A stretch of DNA of 64,000 nt from Bacillota bacterium (GCA_017445315.1 JAFSUI010000029.1:10015-74014), one strand, 5' to 3'; positions 7,891 to 18,739 are shown, counted from the stretch's first letter. Program-made: numbers and translations. Notes: generated by a model not told the origin, from the sequence alone.

Positions 7891-9321
7891 CTATTTTTCT
7901 ACCGCATGCGGCCCATCGAGGATATCATTTACATCCTCATCTGCCTTCATTTTCTTCTTGCTCGTGAGGCCGTCCTGTTCCATCATGGTCTTCATTACCG
8001 AAATATCCGATGAAATATCCCAAGCAGTCTCTTCAAAGAGGCTATCCAGGAGATTCTCAAAGGCATCATTAATGGTATCTACCGCTTCCTCTATATCTCT
8101 CTTGGTGTTTACGATATTCTCGCCAACCTCAGGCTGCTTGTCCAACTCTATATAAGCATTCATCAGCTTCTCCGTGGTCGGTAGATAGTAATTCATAAAC
8201 TTTCTGAGATCTGCTGCCGATTCAGGTTCCTTTTTAACCTTGGAAAAAATTTTGTTTACGATTCGCTCAAGCTGGTTCAGCTTTGCAGTCATTTCTTCTC
8301 CCGGGATAAGGTCATTTGCCCTCTTAATTTTGGCAACAAACTCTTCACCCTCCTTGATGACGCGCCTGCTCTCCTTTGAGATGCCGTCGCTATCAAGTCT
8401 AGCCTCTTCAGCCTCGCGCTCTTTTCTGGCATCCTCTGCAACAAGATACTGATTGTATGCATTCTGTGTGAGCATCAAAGTCGTCTTTCCGTCATCGTAT
8501 CTCGCCTGCGGTAGCATTCCTGCGCTTATCATCGCATCAAGGTTTTTCTTGACGTTTTCGGGAGTGTCCTTTGTTTTCTCTGCGAGAGCCTTTATATCGA
8601 TATACTCGGCACCGGAAATAAGTTTATCATACTCATCAAAGATCTTCTCAAGTTTCTTTTCGCTTGTTCCTTTTCCGGTGAGATATCCGGATAGTCCGGC
8701 ACCTGCAGCCATAACCGCAGCACTTGCAATTGCCGCAGGAGCAGCTACAGTCGCTGCGGAAATAATCATCGCAACAGCAGCAGGAACAGTAAATATTAGC
8801 CCCGTGCCACCAAGAACCTGCTTAAGTGTTGAATTGGTCCAAGTATTCCTCGGCTTATTGGCATTAAACGGCGTAAGTGCAGTGGATGTTGAACTCTGAT
8901 TATCCTTCCTCGGCGCACTATAATTCCAGCCCGCCTGCTGCCTTCTTCTTTCGTCGTATGCCTGACCGGCATTATATCCAGCTCCGGTCTTTTGACCTGT
9001 GAACTGGCTAGCGGAATGTCCTCCTACCGTTCCTGAAGAATAGCCTCCCGGACGCTGCTGTGAATATCCCGAGCCTTGCTGATAGTTTGGTCTCTGCTGA
9101 TTTCCCTTTGGTCTTGTTCCAAGGTCTATATCAACAGGTCTATAGCCTCCCCTATTATATCCACCATAGCCTTGAGCGTTACCGCGCATTCCGTCGGTGA
9201 ACCCCGAAACCTGTCTCCTTATGGTAGCAGAAAGATTGCTATAGTCCCCACGGTCTATGGCATCGGTAACTTCCTTCATGATATTTCCGCTCATATTGAG
9301 CATTTCACGAATGTAATCCAT
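7891..9321 (-). CDS. xpaC: XpaC-like (5-bromo-4-chloroindolyl phosphate hydrolysis family) membrane protein
   Basis: LRKFMNYYLPTTEKL, DISSDISVMKTM; adjacent to telA; G/Q/Y-rich N-terminal region and two TMs. Confidence 0.8.
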   Translation of the reverse strand: MDYIREMLNMSGNIMKEVTDAIDRGDYSNLSATIRRQVSGFTDGMRGNAQGYGGYNRGGYRPVDIDLGTRPKGNQQRPNYQQGSGYSQQRPGGYSSGTVGGHSASQFTGQKTGAGYNAGQAYDERRRQQAGWNYSAPRKDNQSSTSTALTPFNANKPRNTWTNSTLKQVLGGTGLIFTVPAAVAMIISAATVAAPAAIASAAVMAAGAGLSGYLTGKGTSEKKLEKIFDEYDKLISGAEYIDIKALAEKTKDTPENVKKNLDAMISAGMLPQARYDDGKTTLMLTQNAYNQYLVAEDARKEREAEEARLDSDGISKESRRVIKEGEEFVAKIKRANDLIPGEEMTAKLNQLERIVNKIFSKVKKEPESAADLRKFMNYYLPTTEKLMNAYIELDKQPEVGENIVNTKRDIEEAVDTINDAFENLLDSLFEETAWDISSDISVMKTMMEQDGLTSKKKMKADEDVNDILDGPHAVEK

Positions 9322-10509
9322 TTAAAAGTATTCCTTTGCTAATTCAGCGAATTTTGGTATGGATCTTTCTATCTGTTCATACGACACGCAGTAAGAAAGC
9401 CTTACATGTCCGGGACCGGCAAAAGAGCTTCCCGGAACCATCAGGATATTATACTTCTTGGCCGCATTAACAAATTCCCGTTCGTCATCCACAGGAGACT
9501 TCATCCAAAGATAAAACGCTCCCTGAGGCTCCAAGCAGGAAAATCCCATATCAGAAAGAGCTTCATAGAGTCTCTTTCCGTTTCTTTCATAATACTCCAC
9601 ATTGCACTTTTCGTCCACACATCTTTCAATAGCAAGCTGCATGAGAGATGGCGCATTTACGGAACCCGAAATCCTGTTTGCGATAGTCGCGGCTGCAATA
9701 AATTCATCCGCATTATCAGACTCATCCGGTATTACCACATAGCCTATTCTCTCGCCCGGAAGGGAAAGCGATTTGCTGTATGAATATCCAACAAGCGTGT
9801 TCTTATATAGCTTAGGTATAAAAGGAACAACCGCATCTCCATAAACGAGTTCCCTATACGGCTCGTCGCTGATTATATAGATAGGATGACCGATTTCTTT
9901 TCCCTTACGTTCAAGAACCTTTGCTAGCTTCTCAAGGACCTCCTCGCTATAAACTACTCCCGTAGGATTGTTTGGATTGTTTATTATTACCGCCTTGGTC
10001 TTCTTGTTTATTTTTTCCTCCAGCTCGCTGAGCTTTGGGATGAAACCCTCTTCAGGATTTGCAGAAATGACCGTAAGCACTCCATCGTAGTTTCCAACAT
10101 AACTTCCATATTCGAAGAAATATGGAGCAAAGCATATAACCTCATCCCCGGGATTCAGCATCGTCTTAAGAAGAATATTCATAGCAGATGCCGCACCAAC
10201 GGTCATTATTATGTTCTTTTCCGTGTAGGAAGTTCCAAACCTTCTGTTTAGATTGTCCGCGATTGCTTTTCTGGTGCTCGGAAAACCCGCATTGCTCATA
10301 TACCCATGAACCTTTACAGGATTCTCATTATTCAAAATATCAATCATAGCTTCTTTGACAGAATCCGGTGCGGGAACATTTGGGTTACCAATAGAGAAGT
10401 CAAATACATTCTCTGCCCCGTACTCTTGGGCAAGCCTTAGGCCTTCCTCAAACATCTGTCTAATTGCGGAATTTCTCTCCAGAAACGGTCTCATCTTGTC
10501 AGCAATCAT
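9322..10509 (-). CDS. PLP-dependent aminotransferase class I/II (aspartate aminotransferase-like)
   Basis: NNPNNPTG, SDEPY, SYSKSLSLPGERIGY. Confidence 0.9.
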   Translation of the reverse strand: MIADKMRPFLERNSAIRQMFEEGLRLAQEYGAENVFDFSIGNPNVPAPDSVKEAMIDILNNENPVKVHGYMSNAGFPSTRKAIADNLNRRFGTSYTEKNIIMTVGAASAMNILLKTMLNPGDEVICFAPYFFEYGSYVGNYDGVLTVISANPEEGFIPKLSELEEKINKKTKAVIINNPNNPTGVVYSEEVLEKLAKVLERKGKEIGHPIYIISDEPYRELVYGDAVVPFIPKLYKNTLVGYSYSKSLSLPGERIGYVVIPDESDNADEFIAAATIANRISGSVNAPSLMQLAIERCVDEKCNVEYYERNGKRLYEALSDMGFSCLEPQGAFYLWMKSPVDDEREFVNAAKKYNILMVPGSSFAGPGHVRLSYCVSYEQIERSIPKFAELAKEYF

Positions 10510-10574
10510 TATTAGCTCCTTTACTATGCCTTCTTACTATGCTTTTTTACTTTGCGATTATTACTTGCGATCTA

Positions 10575-11378
10575 TTAAACGTTCTTTACGTTAACCGGAA
10601 TGCTTGGAGCGGAGATTCCTGCCTCTCCAAATGCCTTTGCTACGCCTTCTCTTAGTCTATATCCTGAAGCGTAGTAATCTCCGGTCTTTACCCATGCCTT
10701 TGTATCAAAGATTATAGCTCCCTCTGCATTACCGGAAGCTCCAATTACCGGTGCAGGCTCAGATACAAAAATCGGATCCGCCTGAATTGCGGAAAGAATT
10801 GCTTCTTTAACCTTATCTATATCCGATGCGCCACTTACGGCAAATTGATGCTCAATACGTCTTAAGCCGGACTCTGTATAGTTAAGAATTACAGATGAAG
10901 TAATGGAGCCATTGGGTACTGTAACAATTTTGTTGTCGTGGGTATGAAGCTTTGTTCCCATGATATCGATTTTATCTACGATACCGGTTGCGTTTGCAGC
11001 ACCTGTCACCTCTATCTCATCACCATTTTTAAACGGTTTATTGAGGAGAATCAGAATTCCGCCCGCAACATTGGAAAGCGCCCCCTGAAGAGCAAGGCCT
11101 ATAGCGACACCGGCAGCTCCGAGCACTGCGATAACGGATGCTGTGTTTACACCCATTCTCTGGAGAACCATCACAAGAACGATTACCCACAGGAAAATCG
11201 AAACGCTTTTAAGAATAAACGGATGCATGGTACTGTCGAGTTTTGACTTGGCAAGACCTCTTCCCACTGCGCTTCTAATAAGCGTAATAACCACATAACC
11301 TACAGCCAGGATTATTGCTGCTGCGAGCAAGTTCCACAAAAAAGCAGCTACTCCAACTCCTAAACCTAAATCAGACAT
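10575..11378 (-). CDS. mscS: Small-conductance mechanosensitive channel
   Basis: GAAGVAIGLALQGALSNVAGG, PFKNGD, TVPNG. Confidence 0.9.
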   Translation of the reverse strand: MSDLGLGVGVAAFLWNLLAAAIILAVGYVVITLIRSAVGRGLAKSKLDSTMHPFILKSVSIFLWVIVLVMVLQRMGVNTASVIAVLGAAGVAIGLALQGALSNVAGGILILLNKPFKNGDEIEVTGAANATGIVDKIDIMGTKLHTHDNKIVTVPNGSITSSVILNYTESGLRRIEHQFAVSGASDIDKVKEAILSAIQADPIFVSEPAPVIGASGNAEGAIIFDTKAWVKTGDYYASGYRLREGVAKAFGEAGISAPSIPVNVKNV

Positions 11379-11430
11379 TTTTCTACCTCACTTTTTCTAT
11401 ATGTAATACGTTTAAAACGGCATTATGACT

Positions 11431-13302
11431 TTATCTTCCGGCTCTTCTTCTCTCAAGTTCCTTAAGGAGTTTCTTTCTGAGCCTTATATCATCGGGCGTT
11501 ATTTCTACAAGTTCATCGTTTGCGATAAACTCAAGCGCCTCCTCAAGCGTAAAATGTCTCGCAGGCGAAAGCTTGATGTTTTCATCGGATCCCGCAGCAC
11601 GCATATTGCTTGCCTTCTTTGCCTTACAAGGATTTACCTCCATGTCTTCGGAGCGAGAATTCATTCCGACAATCATGCCCTCATAAACCTTGGTTCCCGG
11701 TTCAACAAACATCTGAACGCGCTCTCCGATATTGAAAAGTGCATATGGTGTGCAGGATCCCTCTTCAATCGCTATCGCAACACCATTGGTTCTTCCCGGT
11801 ATGTCACCTTTGTATTCCTCAAAGGCGTAGAACCTTCTCTCCATAGAGCCTTCGCCGTGAGTGTCGTTTATGAACTCAGATCGATATCCCAGAAGGCCTC
11901 TCGTCGGCGCATGATACTCTAGCTTTTGATATCCATTCTCTCCGGACATCTGAACCATTATGCCCTTCCTGAGATTTAGCTTTGATATAACAGCACCTGC
12001 ATATTCATCAGGAACGCTGATTATCACTTCTTCTACAGGCTCAAGTTTCTCCCCGTTTTCTCCCTTATGGTAAATTACCTCAGGTTTTGATACGGCAAGT
12101 TCATATCCTTCGCGGCGCATATTTTCTATGAGAATAGAGAGGTGAAGTTCTCCTCTTCCCGAAACCTTAAAACAGTCCGTGCTATCTGTTTCTTCAACCG
12201 TAAGACCGACGTTAACCTCAAGCTCCTTCTCAAGTCTTTCTCTTATATGGCGCGATGTCACATACTTACCGACCTTTCCGGCAAAGGGCGACGAATTAAC
12301 CATAAAGTTCATGGAGAGCGTCGGCTCCTCTATATGAATCATCTCCATAGCCTCCGGATGCTGCGGGTCGCAGACTGTCTCTCCGATTGAGATGTCAGAG
12401 ATTCCGGAGAGCACGACTATATCCCCGCACTGGGCTTCCTGAACGGCCATGCGCTTAAGTCCTCTATAAACAAAGACCTGGTTAATCTTTCTCTGAACTA
12501 CCGTCCCATCAGCCTTTGTTACCGCAACCTGCTGAGCCTCTCTTATTGTTCCTCTTGTAATTCTTCCGATTCCGAGCCTTCCGATATAGTCGTCATAAGC
12601 AAGCGTAGAAATCTGCATCTGAAGCGGCTCTTCTCTTCTGTCCGGATAAGGCTCGCAATGCTCTATTATCGTTTCAAAGAGCGGCTTAAGATCAAATCCA
12701 CCGAATCCCTCAGGCGTATGCTTCATTTTGGCATTTCCCTGTTCCACGGAGATCCCTTCTACTTCCTTTGGGTCTCTAACTGCTATTCCCTGGCGCGCGA
12801 TTCCGTAGAGAATCGGAAAATCGAGCTGGCTATCCGATGCGTTAAGATCCATAAAGAGCTCATAAACCTCGTCAACAACTTCCTCTATGCGAGCATCTTT
12901 TTTGTCTATCTTGTTTATGAAAAGAATCGGATCTATTCCCTGCTCAAGAGATTTGGTAAGAACAAATCTCGTCTGCGGCATCGGTCCCTCGCTTGAATCA
13001 ACGAGAAGAATAACCGTATCTACGGTCTTCATGATTCTCTCTACCTCAGATGAAAAGTCCGCGTGACCCGGCGTATCAACTATATTGATCTTTACATCGC
13101 CATGCATTATTGAGCAGTTCTTGCTATAAATCGTTATTCCACGCTCACGCTCAATATCATCCGAGTCCATAACGCAATCCACGAGCTCTTCATTATCTCT
13201 GAACACGCCGCTCTGCTTTAGGAATGCGTCAACGAGTGTTGACTTTCCTGCATCTACGTGAGCGATTACCGCTATGTTAATTATCTTTTGTCTATCTGCC
13301 AT
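11431..13302 (-). CDS. typA: Translational GTPase TypA/BipA
   Basis: AHVDAGKST, ERGITI, DTPGHADF, GRGELHL, LEEALEFI..DELVEITP. Confidence 0.97.
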   Translation of the reverse strand: MADRQKIINIAVIAHVDAGKSTLVDAFLKQSGVFRDNEELVDCVMDSDDIERERGITIYSKNCSIMHGDVKINIVDTPGHADFSSEVERIMKTVDTVILLVDSSEGPMPQTRFVLTKSLEQGIDPILFINKIDKKDARIEEVVDEVYELFMDLNASDSQLDFPILYGIARQGIAVRDPKEVEGISVEQGNAKMKHTPEGFGGFDLKPLFETIIEHCEPYPDRREEPLQMQISTLAYDDYIGRLGIGRITRGTIREAQQVAVTKADGTVVQRKINQVFVYRGLKRMAVQEAQCGDIVVLSGISDISIGETVCDPQHPEAMEMIHIEEPTLSMNFMVNSSPFAGKVGKYVTSRHIRERLEKELEVNVGLTVEETDSTDCFKVSGRGELHLSILIENMRREGYELAVSKPEVIYHKGENGEKLEPVEEVIISVPDEYAGAVISKLNLRKGIMVQMSGENGYQKLEYHAPTRGLLGYRSEFINDTHGEGSMERRFYAFEEYKGDIPGRTNGVAIAIEEGSCTPYALFNIGERVQMFVEPGTKVYEGMIVGMNSRSEDMEVNPCKAKKASNMRAAGSDENIKLSPARHFTLEEALEFIANDELVEITPDDIRLRKKLLKELERRRAGR

Positions 13303-13312
13303 TTTACTTCCT

Positions 13313-13987
13313 TCACTTAACCATCCAATTAATTGGAGTCATTCCATTTGTTACGAGATACTCATTAGCCCTGCTAAAATAATGTCCTCCGAAGAATCCG
13401 TTATATGCGGAGAACGGGCTTGGGTGTACGCCTTCAAGGATTAGGTTCTGGACGCCATCAATCAGGTTCTTCTTAGCCTTTGCTGGGTTTCCCCAGAGTA
13501 TAAACACTACGGGTTTATCGCGCTCAGAGAGAAGTTCTATAACTCTATCGGTTAACTTCTCCCAGCCCTTTCCATGATGAGACATAGGGTCGTGCTCTCT
13601 TACCGTGAGGCATGTATTTAAGAGCATCACGCCCTGCTTTGCCCAGCTCATTAAATATCCGTAATCCTTTGGCGGCGGATCTAGTCCGAGGTCATCCTTG
13701 AGTTCCTTAAATATATTCACCATGGACGGAGGCTGCTTAATCCCCGGCTTAACCGAAAACGCCATGCCGTGCGCCTGCCCAGGTCCATGATACGGGTCCT
13801 GCCCGAGGATAAGAACCTTTACATCCTCAAAAGGCGTGACTTTGAAAGCACTGTATATTTCATCCATCGGTGGATAAACCGTATGCTCTCTATACTCCTT
13901 CTTCAGAAACTCGCGGAGCGCAAGATAGTATTCACTTTTGAATTCGCTCGCAAGGACATCGTCCCAGCTGTTACCTAAGTTAACCAT
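13313..13987 (-). CDS. ung: Uracil-DNA glycosylase
   Basis: GQDPYHG, HPSP motifs. Confidence 0.97.
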   Translation of the reverse strand: MVNLGNSWDDVLASEFKSEYYLALREFLKKEYREHTVYPPMDEIYSAFKVTPFEDVKVLILGQDPYHGPGQAHGMAFSVKPGIKQPPSMVNIFKELKDDLGLDPPPKDYGYLMSWAKQGVMLLNTCLTVREHDPMSHHGKGWEKLTDRVIELLSERDKPVVFILWGNPAKAKKNLIDGVQNLILEGVHPSPFSAYNGFFGGHYFSRANEYLVTNGMTPINWMVK

Positions 13988-14008
13988 TTTTATTAATGCA
14001 TTGATTCT

Positions 14009-15670
14009 TTATAATTCAGCGAGTGCTTTGGTTATGCGGCTTCTCGTCATCTCTTCTCCCATGATCTGCTGTATAGTCCATACGTCAGGTGACTGCGCGC
14101 GTCCCATGAGCGCAATTCTTATCGCTGTACTTACATGGCCAACGTGTCCTTTATAGCTATCGGGATCCTTTTTATAATCCTTTGGCTTAGGAGCATAACC
14201 AAGTTCTTCACCGATGTTCCTAATCTTGTCAAACCACATGCTCTGGTCGTCAGCGTGGTCGTAGCTCGCAAGATATTTTTCCAGAATTGTCTTTGCGTCT
14301 TCCTTTGAAACCTCCTCCGGAAGTTCGTCCTCCGGCTTATAGAAATCATCAAAGAAATAGCTTATGAAATCAACTGTCTGCTCAGCATAGACAAGATCCT
14401 TTCTCGGCTTGGCGTCCTGCCTTCCGAGGTCAAGAATCTTAAGCGCATATTCTTTGTCGCTGAACATCGGAAGATATTCAGGATTGAATTCTTCTGCCCA
14501 TGCCTTTAAGAAGTCGTATATCTCTTCAGCAGGGATTCTCAGCATAACTTCTTTGCTAACGTCATTTAACTTGGCAAGATCAAAGAGCGCGCCTGCGCTA
14601 CTCATCTTCTCCGTAGTAAATTTAAACTCATCTATATCCGCATCCTGATGCTCCATTCTCCATTCTTCAAAATTGGAGTTCAGAATCGTAAGAAGATACT
14701 CTCTTACTGCCTGCGGATGATAACCCTTTCTTCTGTAGTAATCAAGAGATAGTTCAGGGTCATGACGCTTTGATAGTTTTCTCTTGTTTCCCGTTTCCTC
14801 ATCTATCTTCATGAGCTGCGCAGTGTGACAGTATATTGGCGGCTCCCAGCCGAGCTTCTCAAAAAGCTCAACATGTATCGGAAGAGAAGGAAGCCATTCC
14901 TCACCTCTTACAACATGCGTGGTTCTCATAAGATGATCGTCAACAACATGTGCAAAATGATATGTCGGTATTCCGGTGGTCTTTAGGATAATCGTATCCT
15001 GAAAGTTCTCCGGCATATCGAGCTCACCTCTAACCGCATCCATGACTTTGATTCTCTTTGCCTTCTCCGGATCCGGATTGCCATCGGACTTAAGCCTAAT
15101 CGCATAAGGCTTACCGGAATTTATATTTGCCTCTACCTGTTCGTATGTTAGGTCTCTAGAGAGTGCGTGCTCGCCGTAGATTCCGGGGTTTAACTTTGCT
15201 GCCTCCTGCTTTTCTCTTATGAGAGCAATCTCTTCCTCCGTAAGAAAGCACGGATAGGCCTTACCCTCAGCGACTAGTTTCTTTGCAAATGCGGCATAGA
15301 TTTCTCCCCTATGGCTCTGCGTATAATCTCCATAAGAACCGCGGTCGCCATCTTTTCCGGCACCCTCATCAAAATTAATATCAAAGAATCTAAGTGAATC
15401 TATGATTAGGTCTATAGCGCCTTCTACAAAGCGCTTATCATCCGTATCCTCTATTCTCAAGAAAAATACACCACTAGACTGGTGCGCGAGTCTCTCGTCA
15501 ACAAAGGCTCCGTATAGATTTCCTAAATGAATAAAACCCGTAGGAGATGGCCCAAGCCTTGTAACCATGGCTCCCTCGGGAAGGTCTCTCTTTGGATATT
15601 TCTTCTCTAGCTCTTCAGGTGTTTCAGTTATATTCGGAAACAGAAGTTCTGCCAATTTTTGACTTTCCAT
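14009..15670 (-). CDS. gltX: Glutamate--tRNA ligase
   Basis: PSPTGFIHLGN, RIEDTD, PTYHFAHVVDD, KLSKR. Confidence 0.95.
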   Translation of the reverse strand: MESQKLAELLFPNITETPEELEKKYPKRDLPEGAMVTRLGPSPTGFIHLGNLYGAFVDERLAHQSSGVFFLRIEDTDDKRFVEGAIDLIIDSLRFFDINFDEGAGKDGDRGSYGDYTQSHRGEIYAAFAKKLVAEGKAYPCFLTEEEIALIREKQEAAKLNPGIYGEHALSRDLTYEQVEANINSGKPYAIRLKSDGNPDPEKAKRIKVMDAVRGELDMPENFQDTIILKTTGIPTYHFAHVVDDHLMRTTHVVRGEEWLPSLPIHVELFEKLGWEPPIYCHTAQLMKIDEETGNKRKLSKRHDPELSLDYYRRKGYHPQAVREYLLTILNSNFEEWRMEHQDADIDEFKFTTEKMSSAGALFDLAKLNDVSKEVMLRIPAEEIYDFLKAWAEEFNPEYLPMFSDKEYALKILDLGRQDAKPRKDLVYAEQTVDFISYFFDDFYKPEDELPEEVSKEDAKTILEKYLASYDHADDQSMWFDKIRNIGEELGYAPKPKDYKKDPDSYKGHVGHVSTAIRIALMGRAQSPDVWTIQQIMGEEMTRSRITKALAEL

Positions 15671-15765
15671 TGTGATTTCCTTTTCCTCCCAATCTTATGA
15701 TTATCTTAATAATTATATAATGTAGGGGTATGGTTTTTCAAGAGATTTGATAGTATAATAAGGAT

Positions 15766-16413
15766 ATGAATAAGACATATATCTCAAGAGATGCACATAG
15801 AAGAGTAAAAGAATACTTAGAAACTATAGGTCGTGACGTACAGCTTGTCGAGACCTCGGGCGTGGTTGACAAAAGAATCTCTAACCACCCCGATGTTTGG
15901 CTATGCAAAATGGGTATCGGTGATGATGCCCCTGTTTATCTTGCAAGCGAAGAAGATCTCGGAATGGACTATCCTGCCCACGCAGCATATAACGCAGCAT
16001 GCACAGGAAAATATTTCATTCACAATCTTTCCATAACTGCACCTGCCCTTTTGGAAATCGCAAAGGAAATGGGAATGACATTTATAGATATTCCTCAGGG
16101 TTACGGTAAGTGTAGCATTGCCATCATCGATGAAAACGCAATCATCACCTATGACAACGGAATCGTTCGCGCATGTGAATCGCATCCTGATTTGAATGTA
16201 CTTTTGATTTCACCGGGTAATATAAAACTCTTCGGTTTTGACACAGGATTCATCGGCGGTACATGCGGTAGAGTAGGAAACGAAATTATTTTTAACGGTG
16301 CTCTTGATAAGCATCCGGATTTTGCAAAGATAGTTGACTTTATAGAATCCAGAGGACTCGCTGCACGTTGGTTCTCTGAATATCCGCTAACCGACATCGG
16401 TTCAATTCTATAA
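15766..16413 (+). CDS. DUF6873-like (GME-fold) protein
   Basis: HPD, QGYGKCS and GFIGG motifs; leaderless promoter geometry. Confidence 0.65.
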   Translation: MNKTYISRDAHRRVKEYLETIGRDVQLVETSGVVDKRISNHPDVWLCKMGIGDDAPVYLASEEDLGMDYPAHAAYNAACTGKYFIHNLSITAPALLEIAKEMGMTFIDIPQGYGKCSIAIIDENAIITYDNGIVRACESHPDLNVLLISPGNIKLFGFDTGFIGGTCGRVGNEIIFNGALDKHPDFAKIVDFIESRGLAARWFSEYPLTDIGSIL

Positions 16414-16453
16414 CAATTGTGCAACGCGCCAATAGTATTTTAATCACAGGTTT

Positions 16454-17497
16454 TTGACAGTGAAGAAGCATGCAATCATTCCAGTATTCATACCGCATCT
16501 AGGCTGTCCGCACACCTGTGTTTTTTGTGACCAAAAACAGATAACCGCAAGAGAAAAAGCACCTACAAAAGACGAGGTTATTTCTTTTATAGAAGAATGG
16601 CTAACGACACTTACAGACGTTGAAACCGTTGAAATTGCTTTCTATGGAGGAAGCTTTACTGCGATTCCCCTTTCCATGCAAAAGGAATATCTTGAGATTG
16701 CCAAAGAGTATAAAGATGCTGGGCGCATTCAAAAAATCCATCTATCTACAAGGCCCGATGCGATTGATAAAGAAATAATGGACAATCTCAAGGCATACTC
16801 AGTAGATACCGTTGAGCTTGGTGTTCAGTCCTTTGATGATGAAGTTCTTCGCATTTCCGAGCGCGGACATGATAGCGCTGCTGTTTATAGAGCCGCAGAG
16901 TTAATCAAGTCATACGGAATGGAGCTCGGCATTCAATTAATGATTGGCCTTCCCGGAGACAGCATGAAGTCATGCCTTTACTCTGTAGATGAAACAATTA
17001 AGCTTGCTCCATCACTTGCGCGTCTCTACCCTACACTAGTTCTTCCGGGAACAGAGTTATATGCGATGTATGAACGCGGAGACTATACTCCACTAACAAG
17101 AGAAGAAGCTGTGGCCATTACCGCCGCGATGTATAGACTTTTGGATGCAGCAGGAATATACGTCATGAGAGTAGGCCTAAAGAGCACTGACGTAATCAAT
17201 TCAGAAAGACTTGGAGAAATAAACAGCGGAACATACCACCCCGCATTCAGACAACTCGTAGAAGACTATATCGCAAGAGAAAAGATTTCTTCCATGCTTA
17301 ATCAAATAACAAAGAATAGATTATGCAAGCATAAAAAGTTTCTCGTAAAAGGATCGCCCTCTTGGGCATCATCCCTTTCGGGACATAACGGCGATAACAA
17401 AAAGTTTTTTAAAGAGAAGTATCCGGATGTAGAGTTGGTTTTTGAGACAGACGATTCATTACCGCCCGGTAAGTTCACAGTGACTAGCATAAAGTAG
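16454..17497 (+). CDS. Elp3-like radical SAM protein (no HAT domain)
   Basis: PHLGCPHTCVFCDQ, FYGGSFT, STRPD, YHPAF; the start may be the GTG two codons downstream. Confidence 0.85.
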   Translation: MTVKKHAIIPVFIPHLGCPHTCVFCDQKQITAREKAPTKDEVISFIEEWLTTLTDVETVEIAFYGGSFTAIPLSMQKEYLEIAKEYKDAGRIQKIHLSTRPDAIDKEIMDNLKAYSVDTVELGVQSFDDEVLRISERGHDSAAVYRAAELIKSYGMELGIQLMIGLPGDSMKSCLYSVDETIKLAPSLARLYPTLVLPGTELYAMYERGDYTPLTREEAVAITAAMYRLLDAAGIYVMRVGLKSTDVINSERLGEINSGTYHPAFRQLVEDYIAREKISSMLNQITKNRLCKHKKFLVKGSPSWASSLSGHNGDNKKFFKEKYPDVELVFETDDSLPPGKFTVTSIK

Positions 17498-17563
17498 AAA
17501 TTGCAAGTGCGCGAGCCATCGCTTTTCACACAGCATGAAGAATATATAGTTAAGGAGCCAAAA

Positions 17564-18736
17564 ATGAAGTACGACTTTGATTCAGTAATCGATAGAAAAG
17601 GAACAGGAAGCATCAAGCACGATGCTGCAGCAAGATTTGGTAAGCCCGAGGGACTCATTCCACTATGGGTTGCCGATATGGACTTTAAAGTTGCGGAACC
17701 GATTATAGATGCGCTTCGCCAGAAAGTCGATCACGGAATCTACGGTTACGAGTCGCCCTCACCTACGTATTTTGATGCGGCCTCCGGCTGGTTCATAAGA
17801 AGATTTAACTGGACTCCAAAAGAAGAATGGCTCGTAATAACATCGGGCGTTGTACCTGCGGTTAACTATGCAGTAAAGGCCCTCACATTTGAAGGAGACA
17901 GCGTACTCATCCAGACTCCTGTCTATTATCCGTTTTCAAATGCCATAAACTCAAATGGTCGAAAACTAATTGAGAATCCGCTCGTGCTAAATAACGGTAG
18001 ATACGAAATCGATTTTGAAGACTTTGAAAAGAAGATTGTAGATAATAGCGTTAAACTATTTATCTTCTGTAGCCCACATAATCCTGTCAGTCGCGTATGG
18101 ACTATTGAAGAACTACAGACCCTCGGCGCAATTTGTAAGAAACATGATGTCTTTGTTGTTGCCGACGAAATCCACTGCGACTTTACGTTTAACGGTCACA
18201 AGCACACCATGTTCATAGATGCGTGCCCAGAGATTGCGGATAAAACGATTTCCTGCACAGCTCCAAGCAAAACATTTAACCTCGCGGGACTTCAGACATC
18301 CAACATTTGGATTCCGGGTGAAGATACAAGAAATCGCTTCATGGAGGCGCTTGAAACCACAGGCTTTTTCAGTTCAAACAGCATGGGGCTCACCGCTTGC
18401 GAAGCGGCTTATCGTCACGGCGATGAATGGCTCGATCAATGTAAGGATTATATTTATGAGAACTATCTATTCTTTAAAGAGTACATTCAAGAAAAAATCC
18501 CTTCGCTCAGAGTTCATGAACTCGAAGGGACTTATCTCTTATGGGTTGACTTCTCTGCACTCGGAAAAACTCCGGAAGAAGTCAATGATTTAATTCTTAA
18601 TAAAGCCGGACTCTGGCTCGACGAAGGCAAGATGTTCGGAACCGGCGGCGAAAACTTCCAGCGCTTCGTCCTCGCCTGCCCAAGAAGCGTGCTTGCAGAA
18701 GCCTTAGAAAGACTAGCCAGCGCAGTCAATCAATAA
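17564..18736 (+). CDS. MalY/PatB family cystathionine beta-lyase
   Basis: PLWVADMDF, CSPHNP, DEIH, APSKTFNLAG; start at MKYDFD after AAGGAG. Confidence 0.9.
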   Translation: MKYDFDSVIDRKGTGSIKHDAAARFGKPEGLIPLWVADMDFKVAEPIIDALRQKVDHGIYGYESPSPTYFDAASGWFIRRFNWTPKEEWLVITSGVVPAVNYAVKALTFEGDSVLIQTPVYYPFSNAINSNGRKLIENPLVLNNGRYEIDFEDFEKKIVDNSVKLFIFCSPHNPVSRVWTIEELQTLGAICKKHDVFVVADEIHCDFTFNGHKHTMFIDACPEIADKTISCTAPSKTFNLAGLQTSNIWIPGEDTRNRFMEALETTGFFSSNSMGLTACEAAYRHGDEWLDQCKDYIYENYLFFKEYIQEKIPSLRVHELEGTYLLWVDFSALGKTPEEVNDLILNKAGLWLDEGKMFGTGGENFQRFVLACPRSVLAEALERLASAVNQ

Positions 18737-18739
18737 CTT

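Noticed and set aside
15671-15765. T-box leader for gltX (and for glyQS)
   Set aside because: The spacer is under 100 bp with divergent promoters and no T-box motif; glyQS lies only 9 bp from the upstream gene.
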